Below are positions 33,424 through 56,737 of a stretch of 64,000 nt of DNA, piece after piece (the stretch's first letter is position 1; every line of letters starts with the position of its first letter). Source of the DNA: the human T2T-CHM13v2.0 reference genome, Homo sapiens; NCBI RefSeq assembly GCF_009914755.1, contig NC_060931.1; one strand, written 5' to 3'. Position numbers and translations under genes: made by a program. The notes below the pieces were generated by a model. That model saw only the letters and a program-made list of their open reading frames with translations, was not told the origin of the DNA and searched no databases.

Positions 33424-34580
33424 CTAGATTGAAGAGAAGTTTCCATGTTGCATACCAGTCAGCCCAAGTGTCCTCAGCTTCCCTCTGTGTGAGCCCCGGG
33501 TTTCCAGCCCCTCCCTGTGGTTAATTGCCTGCAGAAAGCAGATCCTAAGGCTCTGCCACAGCTCAGTCTTACAGGTGTCTGGTCTGACTGCAGGTCCAGC
33601 TCGGCTCTTAGATTTTTGCTAATATTATACCCCTCAATCTCCTGTGACCTTTCATGACCCCTCCATCCTTTCCTTCTTGTAGACAAGGAGAAGTGCTGCT
33701 TTCTCTGGAGTGTCATTCCGAGTGCTCCGGTGCACAGCTGCGAAGTTCCAGCCTTCCTGGTTTCAGAGGAAAGTGCTATCTTGTGCTTAGGTTCAACTCT
33801 TCCTGCTTTTGGGTCCTCCCCCACACCTCTAAATACGTCTCGTTATGGAGGGTGGGAGCACGTGCTCTGCATCTCTTCAATTTGGAGGTTATACCAGCAA
33901 ATTAAATATACTGGGGACAGTGAAAGCCAGGTTTCTTGCTGTTGGAGAAGGTAAAAACATGGAAGAGGGAAGGCTAAAAAGAACACTGAGGGATTGGATT
34001 GGAACTGGAAGTGGTAGTATGAACTCATTTTTTTAAAATATGTATATACAGATAGATATAAAGATAGCTGTATGTGTGTGCACACATGTGTAGGTATATG
34101 TGCATATAAACACAGAAATAGTTTCTAGTTCTGTCTGCTGAGTATCTAGATGCAATGGTACCCCAGTACCAGTGATCACAGCTAGCCCCCAGATCTTATC
34201 TTCTAAATAAGGTTTTCCAACAAAAGGAATCAGGGCTCTTTGGAGAAATGGTTAATTTCAGGGCTGGAGTGGAAGTACAAGATGATCCTGGAATAATTTT
34301 GTTGTTCAAGGAAGTGAAGAAGTGCTCAAAGATTGACAGGAGATCAAAGGACATGGAAAGTAGTTGGAGGGAGTTCTTGCTGGCGAAATCTAGGACAATT
34401 TGAGCAACAAAACAAAGAATGATATTGGCAGATTACCACTGAGTGAGCAAAATAGAAACGCATGAGTTGAGTCCACACCGATGTAGATCAACAAACCAGT
34501 GATGAATGCAGGGAAAATAATAGTGGAGAAGGGGAGGTTCTTTACAGTAGAATGTGAACTCATAAATGGAGAAGGAATTA

Positions 34581-34688
34581 TGAGAATGGAAATAACCATT
34601 TACCAATCACTGTAGTGGGGTTGTTGCAGGAGTGAGAATGGAAATAACCATTTACCAATCACTGTAGTGGGGTTGTTGCAGGAGTGAG
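34581..34688. repeat. Perfect 52-bp tandem duplication
   Basis: tgagaatggaaataacc...gttgcaggag at 34581 and 34633. Confidence 0.95.
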
Positions 34689-35010
34689 CTATCAATGGAG
34701 GCTCAGGGTGGTAGGTGGAGATTTGATGAGGAATGAGAATGGACATCTTTCTTCAGCATACTTTTCCATTACAAAGAGGAAAATTGAGACTTTCTGGTGG
34801 GAAACACCAGCAGACACCAGCGTGGCCAGGTAATGAGACACCTGTCACCAGTGGAGAAAAGTTGAAACTGAGTCCCCGTGCACTGTGCTGAGAAGAGCAC
34901 AGCAGCACGCCTGACACTTTTCTGCCAGAAACCACAGCCTCAGTCTAGCCTAGGGAATATCAGATAGACCCAGAAGGAAGGCCATTCTGTTTTCTTTATT
35001 ACTGTCATGA

Positions 35011-35290
35011 GCCAGGAACAGTGGCTCACGCTTTGGGAGACTGAGGCAGAAGGATCACTTGAGGCTGGGAGTTCGAGACCAGCCTGGGCAATGTAGTAAG
35101 ACTCCATCTTTACAAAAAAAAAATCTTAAAAATTGCCCTGGCATGGTGGCACGAGCCTGTAGTCCCAGCTACTAAGGCTGAGGCAAGAGTATTGCTTGAG
35201 CCCAGGAATTCAAGGCTGCAGTGAGCTATGATTGCACCACTGCACTCTAGCCTGAGTGACAGAGGAAAACCCCTTCTCAAATAAATAAAT
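35011..35290 (+). mobile_element. AluJ-like
   Basis: gcttgagcccaggaattcaaggctgcagtgagctatgat. Confidence 0.85.
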
Positions 35291-35521
35291 TGTCATAAGA
35301 GACAGGATAAGACTAAGAATTGTTCCAGATTATATGAGACTGAAGAGACATAACTCCATGCAATGCATGTTCCTGGGAGGTCCCAGACATGGGAAAAGAA
35401 GTGTGGGCACAGTTGGTGAAGCTTGGGTGGGGTCTATGGGTTGGACAATGTATTGATATTGATTTCTCCACTGGGAAGGTTGTGTAGTGGAGGTGATCCT
35501 TGTTTTTAGAGTATTTGGGGG

Positions 35522-37454
<1,933 letters not shown>

Positions 37455-37629
37455 GGAAGTGATAAATAATCATATTTGAAGCTCTTAAATGATTCAGAAA
37501 AAGACTAATGATAATGAATGTCTGTGTGTAGATAGATGATAGAGAAAAGTGGAGCAATGTGTGAGGCTAGCAGTGGGAATCTGGGTGGTGGAGATAAGAG
37601 AGTTTTATTTTTGTTTGTTTGTTTGTTTA

Positions 37630-38097
<468 letters not shown>

Positions 38098-38339
38098 CTA
38101 AGTTTGAAATTATTTCAAACAATTATTTTTAAAGCCCATATTTCCATCAAATGGCCAATTAAAAATGCATATTTGATTGAATCTCTTCCCTGCTTATAAA
38201 ATATTTCCTTTTCTGAAGGTATGAAGTTAAAGCTCCTTAGTGTGACAGAGCTTTTCAAAATGTCACCGGCCTTGTCTGGCCGCTATTCCAGCCACTTTCC
38301 TACGTGGTGTCATGCTGCCAATTATTCTCAAATCATGGG

Positions 38340-38749
38340 ATACGGTTTGGATGTTTGTCCAAATCTCATGTTGAACTGTGATTCCCAGTGTTGGAGGTGG
38401 GGTCTGGTGGGAGGTAACTGGATCATGGGGGCGGGTCCCTCACGAATGCTTTCGCACCATCCCCTCGGTGATGAGTGAGTTCTCACTCAGTTAATTCACA
38501 TGAAATCAAGTTGTTTGAAAGAGTCTAGGACCTCTCCCTTCTCTCTCTTGCTCCCCCCTCACTATGTGACATGCCTGATCCCACTCTACCTTCTGCCATG
38601 GGTAAAAGCTACCCGAGGTCTCACCAGAAGCTGAGCAGATGCTGGCACTATGCTTGTACAGCCTGCAAAACCCTGAGCCAATTAAACCTCTTTATAAATT
38701 ACCCAGCCTCAGCTATGTCTTTACAGTGACACCAAACGAACTAACATAC
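38340..38749 (+). mobile_element. MST-type MaLR LTR
   Basis: gatacggtttggatgtttgtcc...aattaaacctctttataaattacccagcctcag. Confidence 0.85.
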
Positions 38750-39792
38750 CATCTCTGTGCCTGGACCATTCTTCTTCTAATCCTGTTGGTGAACTCCTGT
38801 TCACATTTCAAAGTCCAACATGTGGGTGTCCACCTCTGGGACGGCTTTTGTGGAGTCTTCCTCCCCCGAGCAGTCATCTCTGTACCTTGTGCTCGTCACT
38901 GTGATCACCTTTTCTACTGAATACAGCTCCGCTTCTCTGGGCTTGTCTCTTTTTGGAGATGCTGGTCCTCAGGAGCCCCAGCGGCTGCCCTGTGCATATG
39001 TGGGGGATCCCCAGTATTCTTGGGGGAAGTTTGAATTTGATGGTACATATTAGAGTCCCCAACTAAGGCCATATGTCAAGTCACAAGCTCCATTTTAGTT
39101 TTTATCAGTAGTGGAGATGATATTGTGCATGGCTTAGCAAGTGCCAAATGCATGGGTCCTCCACTTGGGTCTCGTAAGTTGAAGCCAAGGTGTTGGCTGA
39201 GCTTGTTCTCACGTGGAGCTCAGGATCCTCTCCTAAGCTCATTTAGTGCATTGGCAGAGTTCAGTTCCCTACAGGGCTGTAGGACTGAGGTCCCACTTCA
39301 TGCTGGTTCTTGGCCTTCCATGTGGCCCCTCCACAGGCCTCTCGCAACATGGTGTTTGCTTCGTCTTCTTCCAGGACAGCCCATGTGTTCTCTCTGACAT
39401 GTTGGCTTTGGTTTTTTAAGGTCAGGCCCGCCAGGATCATCTCCCTTTTGACTAATTCAAAGCCAACTGATTAGTAGACTAATCACAGGAGTGACAGCCC
39501 ATCACATTCACAGGTTCTGCCCACCCTCAAGGACAGAGGACTATCAAGAGCATGGACCACAGGGGAGACTTCTGCCTGCACAACCTCGTAATTGGTAGAG
39601 AGAAGAAAGGAGCATTGACTGGCCCTCTGAAATTCCAAAAAGTACTTCAATTATGGTTTTTCTGTAATAGTGAATAATTTATAAATTTATAAAACAGGGT
39701 TATAATTTTATCATTCCACACATTTTCATCTTTCCTAATTGCTTATAATTCAGGTAATAATGTACAATCCCCATAATAACATTATTAATAAC

Positions 39793-40200
39793 TATTAGTA
39801 CATTCTCACATGGCTATAAAGAAATACCTGAGATTCGGTAATATGTAAAGAAAAGAGGTTTAATTGGCTCACAGTTCCTCAGGCTGTACAGGAAGCATGG
39901 CGGCTTCTGCTTCTGGGGAGGCCTCAGGGAGCTTCCAGTCATGGCAGAAGGGAGAGTGGGAGCAGGCATCTTATTGGCAGGAGGAGCAGGACCTAGAGAG
40001 AGGGGGAAGGAGCGCCACACTTTTAAACAACCAGGTCTCACGAGAATGCACTGTCGTGACACAGTACCAAGGGAACGGTGCGAAATGATTCAGGAGAAAC
40101 TGCCCTGTGAGCCAGTCACCGCCCACCAGGCCCCACCTCCAGCCCTGGGGATTGCAATTCAACATGGATTTGGGCAGGGACACACATCCCAACCATGTCA
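39793..40200 (-). mobile_element. MST-type MaLR LTR
   Basis: gctataaagaaatacctgag...aaagaaaagaggtttaattggctcacagttc...cccaaccatgtca. Confidence 0.85.
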
Positions 40201-40510
40201 GTAACATTTACTGAGTGCTTGGTTTGCACTAGGCACCATGCTGGATTCCTTACATAATTACTTATTTAATCTTCACAGTTGCTCTACAGGGTGGCTCCCA
40301 TTTTTATAGAAGAGGAAATGGAAGTACAATGTAGTAAAACAAATTGCCCTAATTCACACAGCTACTGAGAAGCCATTGGGGTTACGGACTCAGGCAACTG
40401 GACTCCACTGCCACTGTTAGGCCAATTCGAGATCCTGCCACTTTGTATAATTATCTTGCTTGTGTTAACATTGTAGGTAGGCTTTGTGTAATACTGGGCA
40501 TACAGACATT

Positions 40511-41188
40511 ATGCTAATATGACTCCATAACACCTGACTGCAAAACCTAAAGAGGATGCTAATATGACTCCATAACAGCTGACTGCAAAACCTAAAGAGG
40601 ATGCTAATGTAACTCCATAACACCTGACTGCAAAACCTAAAGAGGATGCTAATATGACTCCATAACACCTGACTGCAAAACCTAAAGAGGATGCTAATAT
40701 GACTCCATAACACCTGACTGCAAAACCTAAAGAGGATGCTAATATGACTCCATAACACCTGACTGCAAAACCTAAAGAGGATGCTAATGTGACTCCGTAA
40801 CACCTGACTGCAAAACCTAAAGAGGATGCTAATGTGACTCCGTAACACCTGACTGCAAAACCTAAAGAGGATGCTAATGTGACTCCGTAACACCTGACTG
40901 CAAAACCTAAAGAGGATGCTAATATGACTCCGTAACACCTGACTGCAAAACCTAAAGAGGATGCTAATATGACTCCATAACAGCTGACTGCAAAACCTAA
41001 AGAGGATGCTAATGTAACTCCGTAACACCTGACTGCAAAACCTAAAGAGGATGCTAATATGACTCCGTAACACCTGACTGCAAAACCTAAAGAGGATGCT
41101 AATGTGACTCCGTAACACCTGACTGCAAAACCTAAAGAGGATGCTAATGTGACTCCGTAACACCTGACTGCAAAACCTAAAGAGGATG
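40511..41188. repeat. 45-bp minisatellite, 15 copies (atgctaatRtgactccRtaacacctgactgcaaaacctaaagagg)
   Basis: Units counted at 45-bp intervals from 40511 to 41141. Confidence 0.98.
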
Positions 41189-41212
41189 GGAAAGGAAGGT
41201 GATTGCTTTTTT

Positions 41213-42305
<1,093 letters not shown>

Positions 42306-42851
42306 TCACGCAATTATAAACTAGTTTATAGTCTAGTTAGGGAGATGGAAATTAATGTTTAACATTATACAAAAGAGGATCTGGGAGAATATTTACACAC
42401 GAATCAGATATGGGCCCCAGTGGGGGAGGTTTTCAGTGGAGTGGTGCTGGGCTGACCCTCCAGAGACTAGTGGGCCTCTCGGCCTGTTGTGAACTGCAGG
42501 GAAGCCTGCTCCAGGACGACAAGAGCCTGTGCTGGGGCCGTGTGGCCAGAGAGAGCTCCGTGCTTCATCAGGAACCACGGCCAGCCCACTGGCTGGAGCA
42601 GAGAGCAATGCCCACGGAGGCCACAAGCCTCCTGACTGTCCCTGGGTTCCACTCCCTCTCCACCAGCCCATCCTGCAACATGCAATTACAGCATGCTTTC
42701 CCATTTCAGTGACTTACACTTTAAATTTTAATCTTTGTATCACAACATTCAAGGCCCTTTACAAATGGGATCATGCCTACTTTTCAGCCTCATCTCCAAC
42801 TGTCCCCCAACTCCCAGTCACAAAACACATGCCATGTACCATAGATTGTAG

Positions 42852-46613
<3,762 letters not shown>

Positions 46614-47656
46614 TCTAATTGCTCTCGTTCTATCTTTGTTCTGCACCTGGGAAGATCAGCTTGTGTAAACCAAAAATAAAATTCTAGGGCCCCCCAACCA
46701 TCTAGATGGACCTCTCCTCTTGGCCAAGGGCATTCCAAAGTTAACATGAATAATTCTCTCTTTCTCTATTTTCTTTTCTGCTTGCTTTAAATCTGCTGTT
46801 ACTTTTCTTCTGAGATAAAAATCACTGTTTGGATCCAACTGGTTTATTGTTGTTGTTGTTTTACAAACCAGTAAGTTTGTATTAATATCTCATGGCTAGA
46901 GTTCTGAAGTAAAAGCTATAGGATTTTTTTTTGTATGGTGAGTGTGTTGTGTATTTTTGGCCACAAGATACCAAATTGGTTTAAAGGTAAAGAGTACTCA
47001 TAAATTAAATAGCCCAAATGCTTCTCAAGTTCACATGACTTAAGTAAAATCTGTAATCAATAAGTTGGCTTTAAAATTATTGGTAAAGTAATGTTAGAAA
47101 TGGAGGAACTGGCAACATTTTTGTTTGCATTTATTGATCAAGTGGTTTCATACTTAACCGTGCAGAATACTATAAGGTGTCAAAATTTGCCGTAAGGGTT
47201 ATAAAACTCTAAATCAGGCCTAAAATAGAATAATTGTTGCTTGCGTAATTTTTGATAAATAAGACATTTAATATTGTTGGTTTAATGAAAACAGCTAAAT
47301 CTCAAGTTACTGGTAAAATGCCCGTATACTTAACCTTAACTTTATTACTTAGGTAAATGCCTGCAATTCATAGACTATAAAGATGGTTGACAGGGAAATA
47401 ACTTTAAATGATGACTATCACAGTTTTCATAAGCAATCTAGATAAACTATTAAATAAATTAATCAGGTAAATGTAACAGAACAAATGCTTGTAAACAAAC
47501 TTGTCATATAATTTAGAATCTAAGGTTATATTAAATAATAAATATTAATTAAATGCCTAGGATTTCCAATTTAAAAATTATAGAAAAACATTTAAAAATG
47601 TGTTCTTATTAAATGGTGAATATTTTTTGTCTACTTCAAAGGTTATTTAAAGGTTA

Positions 47657-48141
<485 letters not shown>

Positions 48142-48696
48142 TTAAGACAAACCATAAAGTTCAAGCATGTTGGGAATTGTCTATGTAAGTAGTAATACTG
48201 TTAGTAAAAAAAGGAATTTTTTAAAGTTAATTAAATTGGCTGTAATTAAAAATAAATTATAATAGTCTTTACAGAAATTGGACTCATTAAAATACATAAT
48301 ACAAAACTAAAGAATTGGTTAGAACAAGATTTTTTGAAAATATTGAATTACTCTTAATGCAAGAAGTCCTTAATTTTTAAATTCTATAATCTGTTTCTCT
48401 TTGAAATATTCTTCAGATTGATAGCTCAGAAGTACAACTTCTACTGTACCCTGCTGCTTCAGCTCTTTTGAGAAGGCCTGGGATGGTAACTCTCTCCTTC
48501 TCCTTTTGTTGGCTACTTTACCTTTTGTTGGCTTTTTAAAAATTAATAATCTAAGGTAAAGGAGAGAATATTTGAAAACAGGAAAATGAAAAAATCTTTT
48601 GGATCTTCCTTTGTCTGTATGTCTGTAATATCTGTATGTTTCTATGTGTCATGTGGAAGTGATAGTTCACTACCAAACTATGTGAAAGAGTTCTTA

Positions 48697-48770
48697 TTAA
48701 TTGACTTAAAGAAAAGTAAGTGCTTATCAGACTTTAATTGACTTAAAGAAAAGTTAGTGCTTATCAGACT
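48697..48770. repeat. 37-bp tandem duplication inside ERV internal sequence
   Basis: ttaattgacttaaagaaaagt(a/t)agtgcttatcagact twice. Confidence 0.9.
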
Positions 48771-51086
48771 CATAAAAGCTAGCTCTGATGCCTTTTGGTT
48801 CACATCACTTTAGTAATATTTCGTAAGATTAATTTGGTAAATTTAATCTCAAAATTCTGTCTTAAATCTTAAAGTCATGTAATGTTAAATTAAGTAACCT
48901 CAGTTTTTTTCACTTGGAATTTGGGTTACTAAGAATTAAAAAAGTAGGAGAGTAAATGGTGTTTCTGGTGGTTTATACAAACACAAGGATGTGGTTTTTG
49001 CTAAAGAAAATGCATTTTTTTCTAGTTTAGAGACTATTTAAAAGTCACTTTAAATAGTGACTCTTAAACCTTAAACTCTTTAGCATTTCCTTTAAAATAA
49101 AGAAAAAATTATATAGATTAAACTAAATGGATACAGAAAAAAAAGGCACGGAATGAGAAATCTTTGCCTCCTGGGTGGCCATGTCGTCACCCTTCTTAAG
49201 GAGCTGCAGCTGGGCTACATTCTGTTCCTGAAGGTAAAAGCTACCAGTGGGATTCTGAGACAGATCATACTCATACTCCCAGGCAGTTAGCTCACTGAAT
49301 GCATAAGGGAAATTTAAAATAATAAAAAGCAAAATATTCATCCCTTGGTTATTGTTTTCTGTAATAGCTAAAATGAAAGTAAAAGAGTGCTGGATTGGGC
49401 CTTAACACTGGGCCATGCTCCAATGTGGATCTGTCTCAGCTCAGTCACTAGCCTCAGAGCTACCCACAAAAGGAAAAATTAAGCCAAGGCAAAAAAGTGA
49501 CTTCTGAGACCTGTGGTTACTAAGAAGACAGTCAGTGTGGGGGAAAGGCAAAAATCAAGTAACTATTAAAACTAGAGGGTATGATGTAAAGGAATTGTTC
49601 CATTTTTAGATTGGTGTCATCAGCTTCTTGAGAAACCTATATTATAATAGATTGTAAAAATAACTACTTTATTGGACAGTATCCAATGGACAGTATCTTT
49701 AGTTTTAAAGACAGATATGGACAGTATCTTCAAATGCTACAGAATGAAAGAGCATGATTGGGTTGATGTAGGACCCACAGCTCACTATTAAACAATCCCT
49801 GAGGGATATATGTGATCCAATTGCACAAGAGGTTATTCCCAAGAGAATGAGCAGCCTAGTGGACTGGATAATTGCCACTATAAGGTCTGTTTGCCCTGAG
49901 AAGGGAACTGCTCAACTCTCCCTATAAAATGCTGAGTGGAGCACCCCAGATGAAGCAGCTGATATGCTTTATATGTAAACCATGTGGGACTGGATTTATG
50001 ATGACTGGGATATTCTCCCCCTGAATATGTCTATTATCCAGGTCATGGTAAATATTGAGGGTAAAAGGGCCCATTTTACATGGGCACCTTGCGTGATATT
50101 ACTGTTTGAGAAGTCTCATCAAATTTTCTGTCCCCCATGAGTCTTACTGATGCTTAATTAAACATTAGGGCAATTACCAAAAAAGCAAAATGGCAAAGGC
50201 AAAAGGGAGTTAAAGGACTCGCCCCAGAAGGGTGGTGGGAATCTTTAGATGGTTTTTAAGAAATGAAGTAAAATAAAATGAAAACTGATGGGGTTAAACA
50301 AAGGTCTTTACAACACCATCAAAAATTGGGTGGACCAGGCTGGGTGCGGTGACTCACGCCTGTAATCCCAGCACTTTGGGAGGCCGAGGCGGGCGGATCA
50401 CGAGGTCAGGAGAGCGAGACCATTCTGGCTAACACGGTGAAACCCTATCTCTACTAAAAATACAAAAAATTAGCCAGGCATGGTGGCAGGTGCCTGTAGT
50501 CCCAGCTACTTGGGAGGCTGAGGCAGGAGAATGGCGTGAATCGCGAGGCAGAGCTTGCAGTAAGCTGAGATTGCGCCACTGCACTCCAGCCTGGGCAACA
50601 GAGTGAGACTCCGTTTCAAAAAAAAAAAATTGGGTGGACCAAAGGGAACCCCTGCTGTTCCCCCAGCATTAAAGGGGCCCACACAAGTCTTCTGTATTTG
50701 CCCCAGATTGGAGAAATTTTAAGAGAAATCAAAAGGCAAAGGTTATAATGAGAAAGCTTACATTGAGGCACATTAAGATAAAGATTGACAAAAGGCCTGA
50801 GTCCCTTGGCTCAGCTCCCTGTTGGGAACCCAAATCCCTTTTTACTAGAAAAGGTAAAATGGTCTGTGGGTAGAGAAGAAAAGTTCCTGGGATGGGAACA
50901 TAAACATGTACAGATTGATAGGACTATGAAATTTGAGATGTTTAAATAAGTTTTATGAAATGTAGTTGTGACTCTTACCTAAATGTCATATGAAAATAGA
51001 TATTGTATCTGACTGAGGAATGTTTTCCCTATCTAGAACTATCAAACTGAAGGCATGTCAGTCTGCCCTTTGAGAAACGTTAATTG

Positions 51087-52236
51087 TGTTACAGGATCTT
51101 TGGGGGTTTCATTTTCTGGCTGGAAACCTCTGTGGTTGCTGTGCCTTTGCTCAAGATCTTTTCCTGCATCTGGGAAGAATGAGGTACACAGACAAGTGAA
51201 GGGTGAACAACACTAACATGAGCGTTATTGAGTGTTACAACAGCTTGGAGGAGACCCACAGTGGATAGCTCCTCTCTGTAGGCAGGTCATTTGTGGAGTC
51301 TTTAGTTCTCACAGCGAGGAGGCCCTGGAGAAGGCAGCTCCGCTCTGCAGCTGGTCGTCCTGATGTCTGCAGCTCTCAGCGGAGAGGAGGCTCTGGAGAG
51401 GGTGGCTCCTCTCTGCTGTCAGGTTGTCTCTCTGCAGCTCTCAACAGAGAGGGTACTCCTCTTTCTCCTCTGGCTGTCCTCTGCCCTGCTCTGGCTGAGC
51501 CCAGGGCTTTTATGGACCTCAGAGGGGAGGAAGTGCATCCTGATTGGTCCATGGGTGGCCAAGGGCAGCCCAAAAGAGGCATCATGAGCCCCCACTCTGG
51601 TCTGTAGGACTGCAGCCTGGCCTCCAGCCTTCAGGCCCTCCCTGGCCTAGAGGTGGGGCCTTACTGGGGGCCTGGCCCTTTTGCCCAGGAATCAATCTGC
51701 CTCCCACTGCCATTCATGGCCCCAACCCCTGCTCAGAGATTGGAGCAGGCGCTAGGAGCAGAGAGAGGCCAGGCAGTGGGAGTAGACACCCCTGAGCCTG
51801 CAGAGCTGGGGAGTGGGGAGGGGAGATCCTTTCTGGGGCCCCTGAAGGTGCAGGCTACAGAGACACCTGGGTCCTGCACCTGGGAGAGTGGCCACAGCTG
51901 CACCTGGGAGCTCCCGCCCCACCAACTAGGAAGGGCCCAGGGCTCTTGTTCCCAGCTCCTGCCTGCTCCAGGAAGTGGGAGGCCCAGGTCTACAGTTGCA
52001 CGTCCAGCTGCTGCAGCTGCACCTAGCAGGGCAGATCCTGCCTGTTTCTGGCCACTCCCAGGCAAAAGCACAGGGAGGCAAAGATCCACAGCCACAGTTT
52101 GGAAGGCTGCAGGAACACCCAGGGAGCTCCCGTCCCAACTCAGAAGGGATGTGGCTCCAACCAGCTCCACGCAGTGTGCAGCCCCAGCCAGGCCTCCCTG
52201 CTGCAGCTGGTGTGGTGGCATTAGCCAGTGCTATCA
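51087..52236 (-). mobile_element. MER52-type solo LTR
   Basis: tgttacaggatctttgggg ... gctatca termini with 4-bp TSD ATTG on both sides; GC-rich body. Confidence 0.82.
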
Positions 52237-53818
52237 ATTGTAAATGTTAAATGGGAACTAGTAAGACTGCCTGAGCCCACAGAATGTAGGGTAGAAGCTG
52301 GAATGTTGCTCGGGACAAATCCTCCACTTCATAGCCCTCTGTGGAGCATTTACTGGGGCTTATGGCAGAAACCTGTGGGCCTTCCCAATGATGACTACTG
52401 GGACTTTGGACCAGAGAATTTCCGCTTGCTTTGGAATGTTAACTGAAGCTATCCCTATGCTAATAGGAATATGGTGCCAAAAAAAGAGTTCCATAATAAA
52501 ATAAAAATAGTTTACATAGGATCTTGTTGCCTGGGGCAGCAAGGAGGAGATGCTTTTAAGTAGGGAACCTCTTTTTCCCCAGGACTCTAACTTTATGAGG
52601 AGCTGCTGGAGTCTACGGAGCCTGAGAAATAGCTCTCATCTAACGAGCTGCTTGGTCGTGAATGACAGTTTCAAGAGGAACAAATGACATCTAGTTTGGC
52701 AGTCTGCTGCTCTAGTTAAAGAAGAGTCAAGGAAATCTTTTTCTTTTGAGTTATTTATAGTTTAGAGCAATTGGGTTTTGTGAGCAAATTTACCTTTCTG
52801 AGTTTGACTAAATTTGCAAATTATTTGTGATTTTATGATAATATAGTTATTCACATACATTTAGTAAGAGTCTTTTCTTTTGAAACAGGATAATTGGAGA
52901 CACTGGTTATTTTATCAGGGCTTTGATTAGAATAACATATTTTTGGCTGGGCGCAGTGGTTCATGCCTGTAATCACAGCACTTTGGGAGGCCCAGGCAGA
53001 TGAACTGCTTGAGCTCAGGAGTTCAAGACCAGCCTGGGCAACATGACGAAACCCCATCTCTACAAAAAGTACAAAAATTAGCTGGGTGTGGTGGTGGCTG
53101 GTGCCTGTAATCCCAGCAAGAAGGAGAATTGCTTGAACCTAGGAGGCGGAGGTTGCAGTGAGCTGAAATCGCACCATTGTAGTCCAGCCTGGGTGACAAG
53201 AGCAAAACTCTGTCTCAAAAAAAAAGAATAACATATTTTTAGGTAAAGTTCTAGCAAAGCCAACTTAAGAAGAGTGTATATAGTCAATTGGTTCTTGCTG
53301 CACTTTATGCAAATCATCAGGCCAACTATAATAAGACTAAAACGTATTTTCCACACAAGTTGATCTTATTATAATGTCTCTTTATTAGAAAAGGAGGGCT
53401 AGAGAGAAACTGAGTCAAAGGAAAAGTGTAACACTTGTTACTGATGACTGTCCTGACTTCTGTTTTTGAGTGCAGATTGAATCATGAATCATCTCTGGGC
53501 TGCAAGAATCCTCTAAAGAGCACCAGGCTACAATTTTGATTCATATTTATAGTTGGTGCCCCAGCAGAATAGGTTCTTTCTTCTGTTCTGACACACAAAT
53601 ACTATTCTGATTATCAAATTATTAATGTTATTTATCTCTTCTTGTTTTACTTCCAAGGAAACCAGAATCACGGAATTCTAAAAAGATGTGGCATTGGCAC
53701 TCGGGCATTCCACTGTGCCTGATCTGTTTTCATGGCCAGTGCCCTGCTAACCCTACACAGGCACCCTCCCTCTAGGGCCAGGGACCATAGCAGAAGAGCT
53801 GGGCGCCTGAGATTCTAA

Positions 53819-54028
<210 letters not shown>

Positions 54029-54118
54029 TAGTCTTGAATTCCTGACCCTGTGATCCGCCCGCCTTGGCCTCTCAAAGTGTTGGGATTACAGGCATGAGCC
54101 ACCGCGCCCGGCCTGTAA

Positions 54119-54481
<363 letters not shown>

Positions 54482-55228
54482 TAAAGGACAATAAAAAGCA
54501 TTGCAGCACAACAAAAGTCTCTAAAAATCCTTAGCTTAAAAGGTTTTAACAATGCTTATGTTCTGTATAGCTAATTGCTATAAGTCTGTAACTAAAACCA
54601 AGATTACAGTAGCTCAGTCAGGTTTGTAACCTCGCCCTTGGCTTTTTGTTTGTTGGCTTTTTACTTAAATTTTTAAGGGTTAATGAATGCTTGTCTGTGT
54701 CCATTCCCATTTGGCCTAGAACATTTTAATTGGCTACAAGTCTTTTGACTCTAAGTCTCTTGGCCATAGGGTGTCCCGCTGAGAGACAGGACAGATCCAG
54801 GGCAGGCAGCCATGTCACCCTGGCAATGCTATGGAACAAAACAAAAGCTTGGTGGCCACTGGTGTTGCCTCTGACAAATGTTGGCCACAAGGGGAGGATG
54901 TAAACCAAAAATAAAATTGTAAGACCCCCAACCATCTGAATGGACCACTCCTCCTTGGCCAAGGGCATTCCAAACTTAACCTGAAGAAGTAGTTCAGGAC
55001 ATGATGGGAAGAGGGAGATGGACATGCCTCATGATACCCTCCTCCCTTTTGGAATCACGGATGGAACAGGCTTCTTTAAGTCTGGTAAGAAGCATTTACA
55101 GTCGATTCTCTCTGAAGCCTGCTACCTGGAGGCCTCATCTGCATGGGGTGACCAAGGTTTTCTTGGTCATTATCAGTGTGAAGTTGAACAGTCTTTCGTT
55201 TTAGACCTTAGTTTTTATGAGCTGGACT

Positions 55229-56519
<1,291 letters not shown>

Positions 56520-56737
56520 GACTTAAGTTGCAGATCTAAAGTTACAATTGGCGTGTCTTTGTTTAAGTGAGGACACACATCTTGAAAGGTCTCCAGGCTG
56601 GCAAAACATTTACACCTGGGAGACTGGTGGGGGCCAAGGTGCCCGGCCCTGCCTTCACGGGGGCCTGGCTGGCAGGAGCCTTGCAGCCTGCAAAGCAACA
56701 GCTGTGCATTTGGAAGAGGGTGTTGGGCGACTCGGCT

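Noticed and set aside
40511-41188. CRISPR-like array (also considered for the 35-, 24- and 50-bp repeats)
   Set aside because: Units are head-to-tail with no unique spacers, there are no cas genes, and the DNA is clearly primate.
49700-50330. Retroviral gag/pol coding remnant
   Set aside because: Position fits ERV internal sequence, but no long ORF or recognisable motif could be read by eye; a profile-HMM or tBLASTn search would be needed.
51293-52250. Cluster of ORFs up to 196 aa
   Set aside because: They lie within the GC-rich MER52 LTR bounded by a TSD.
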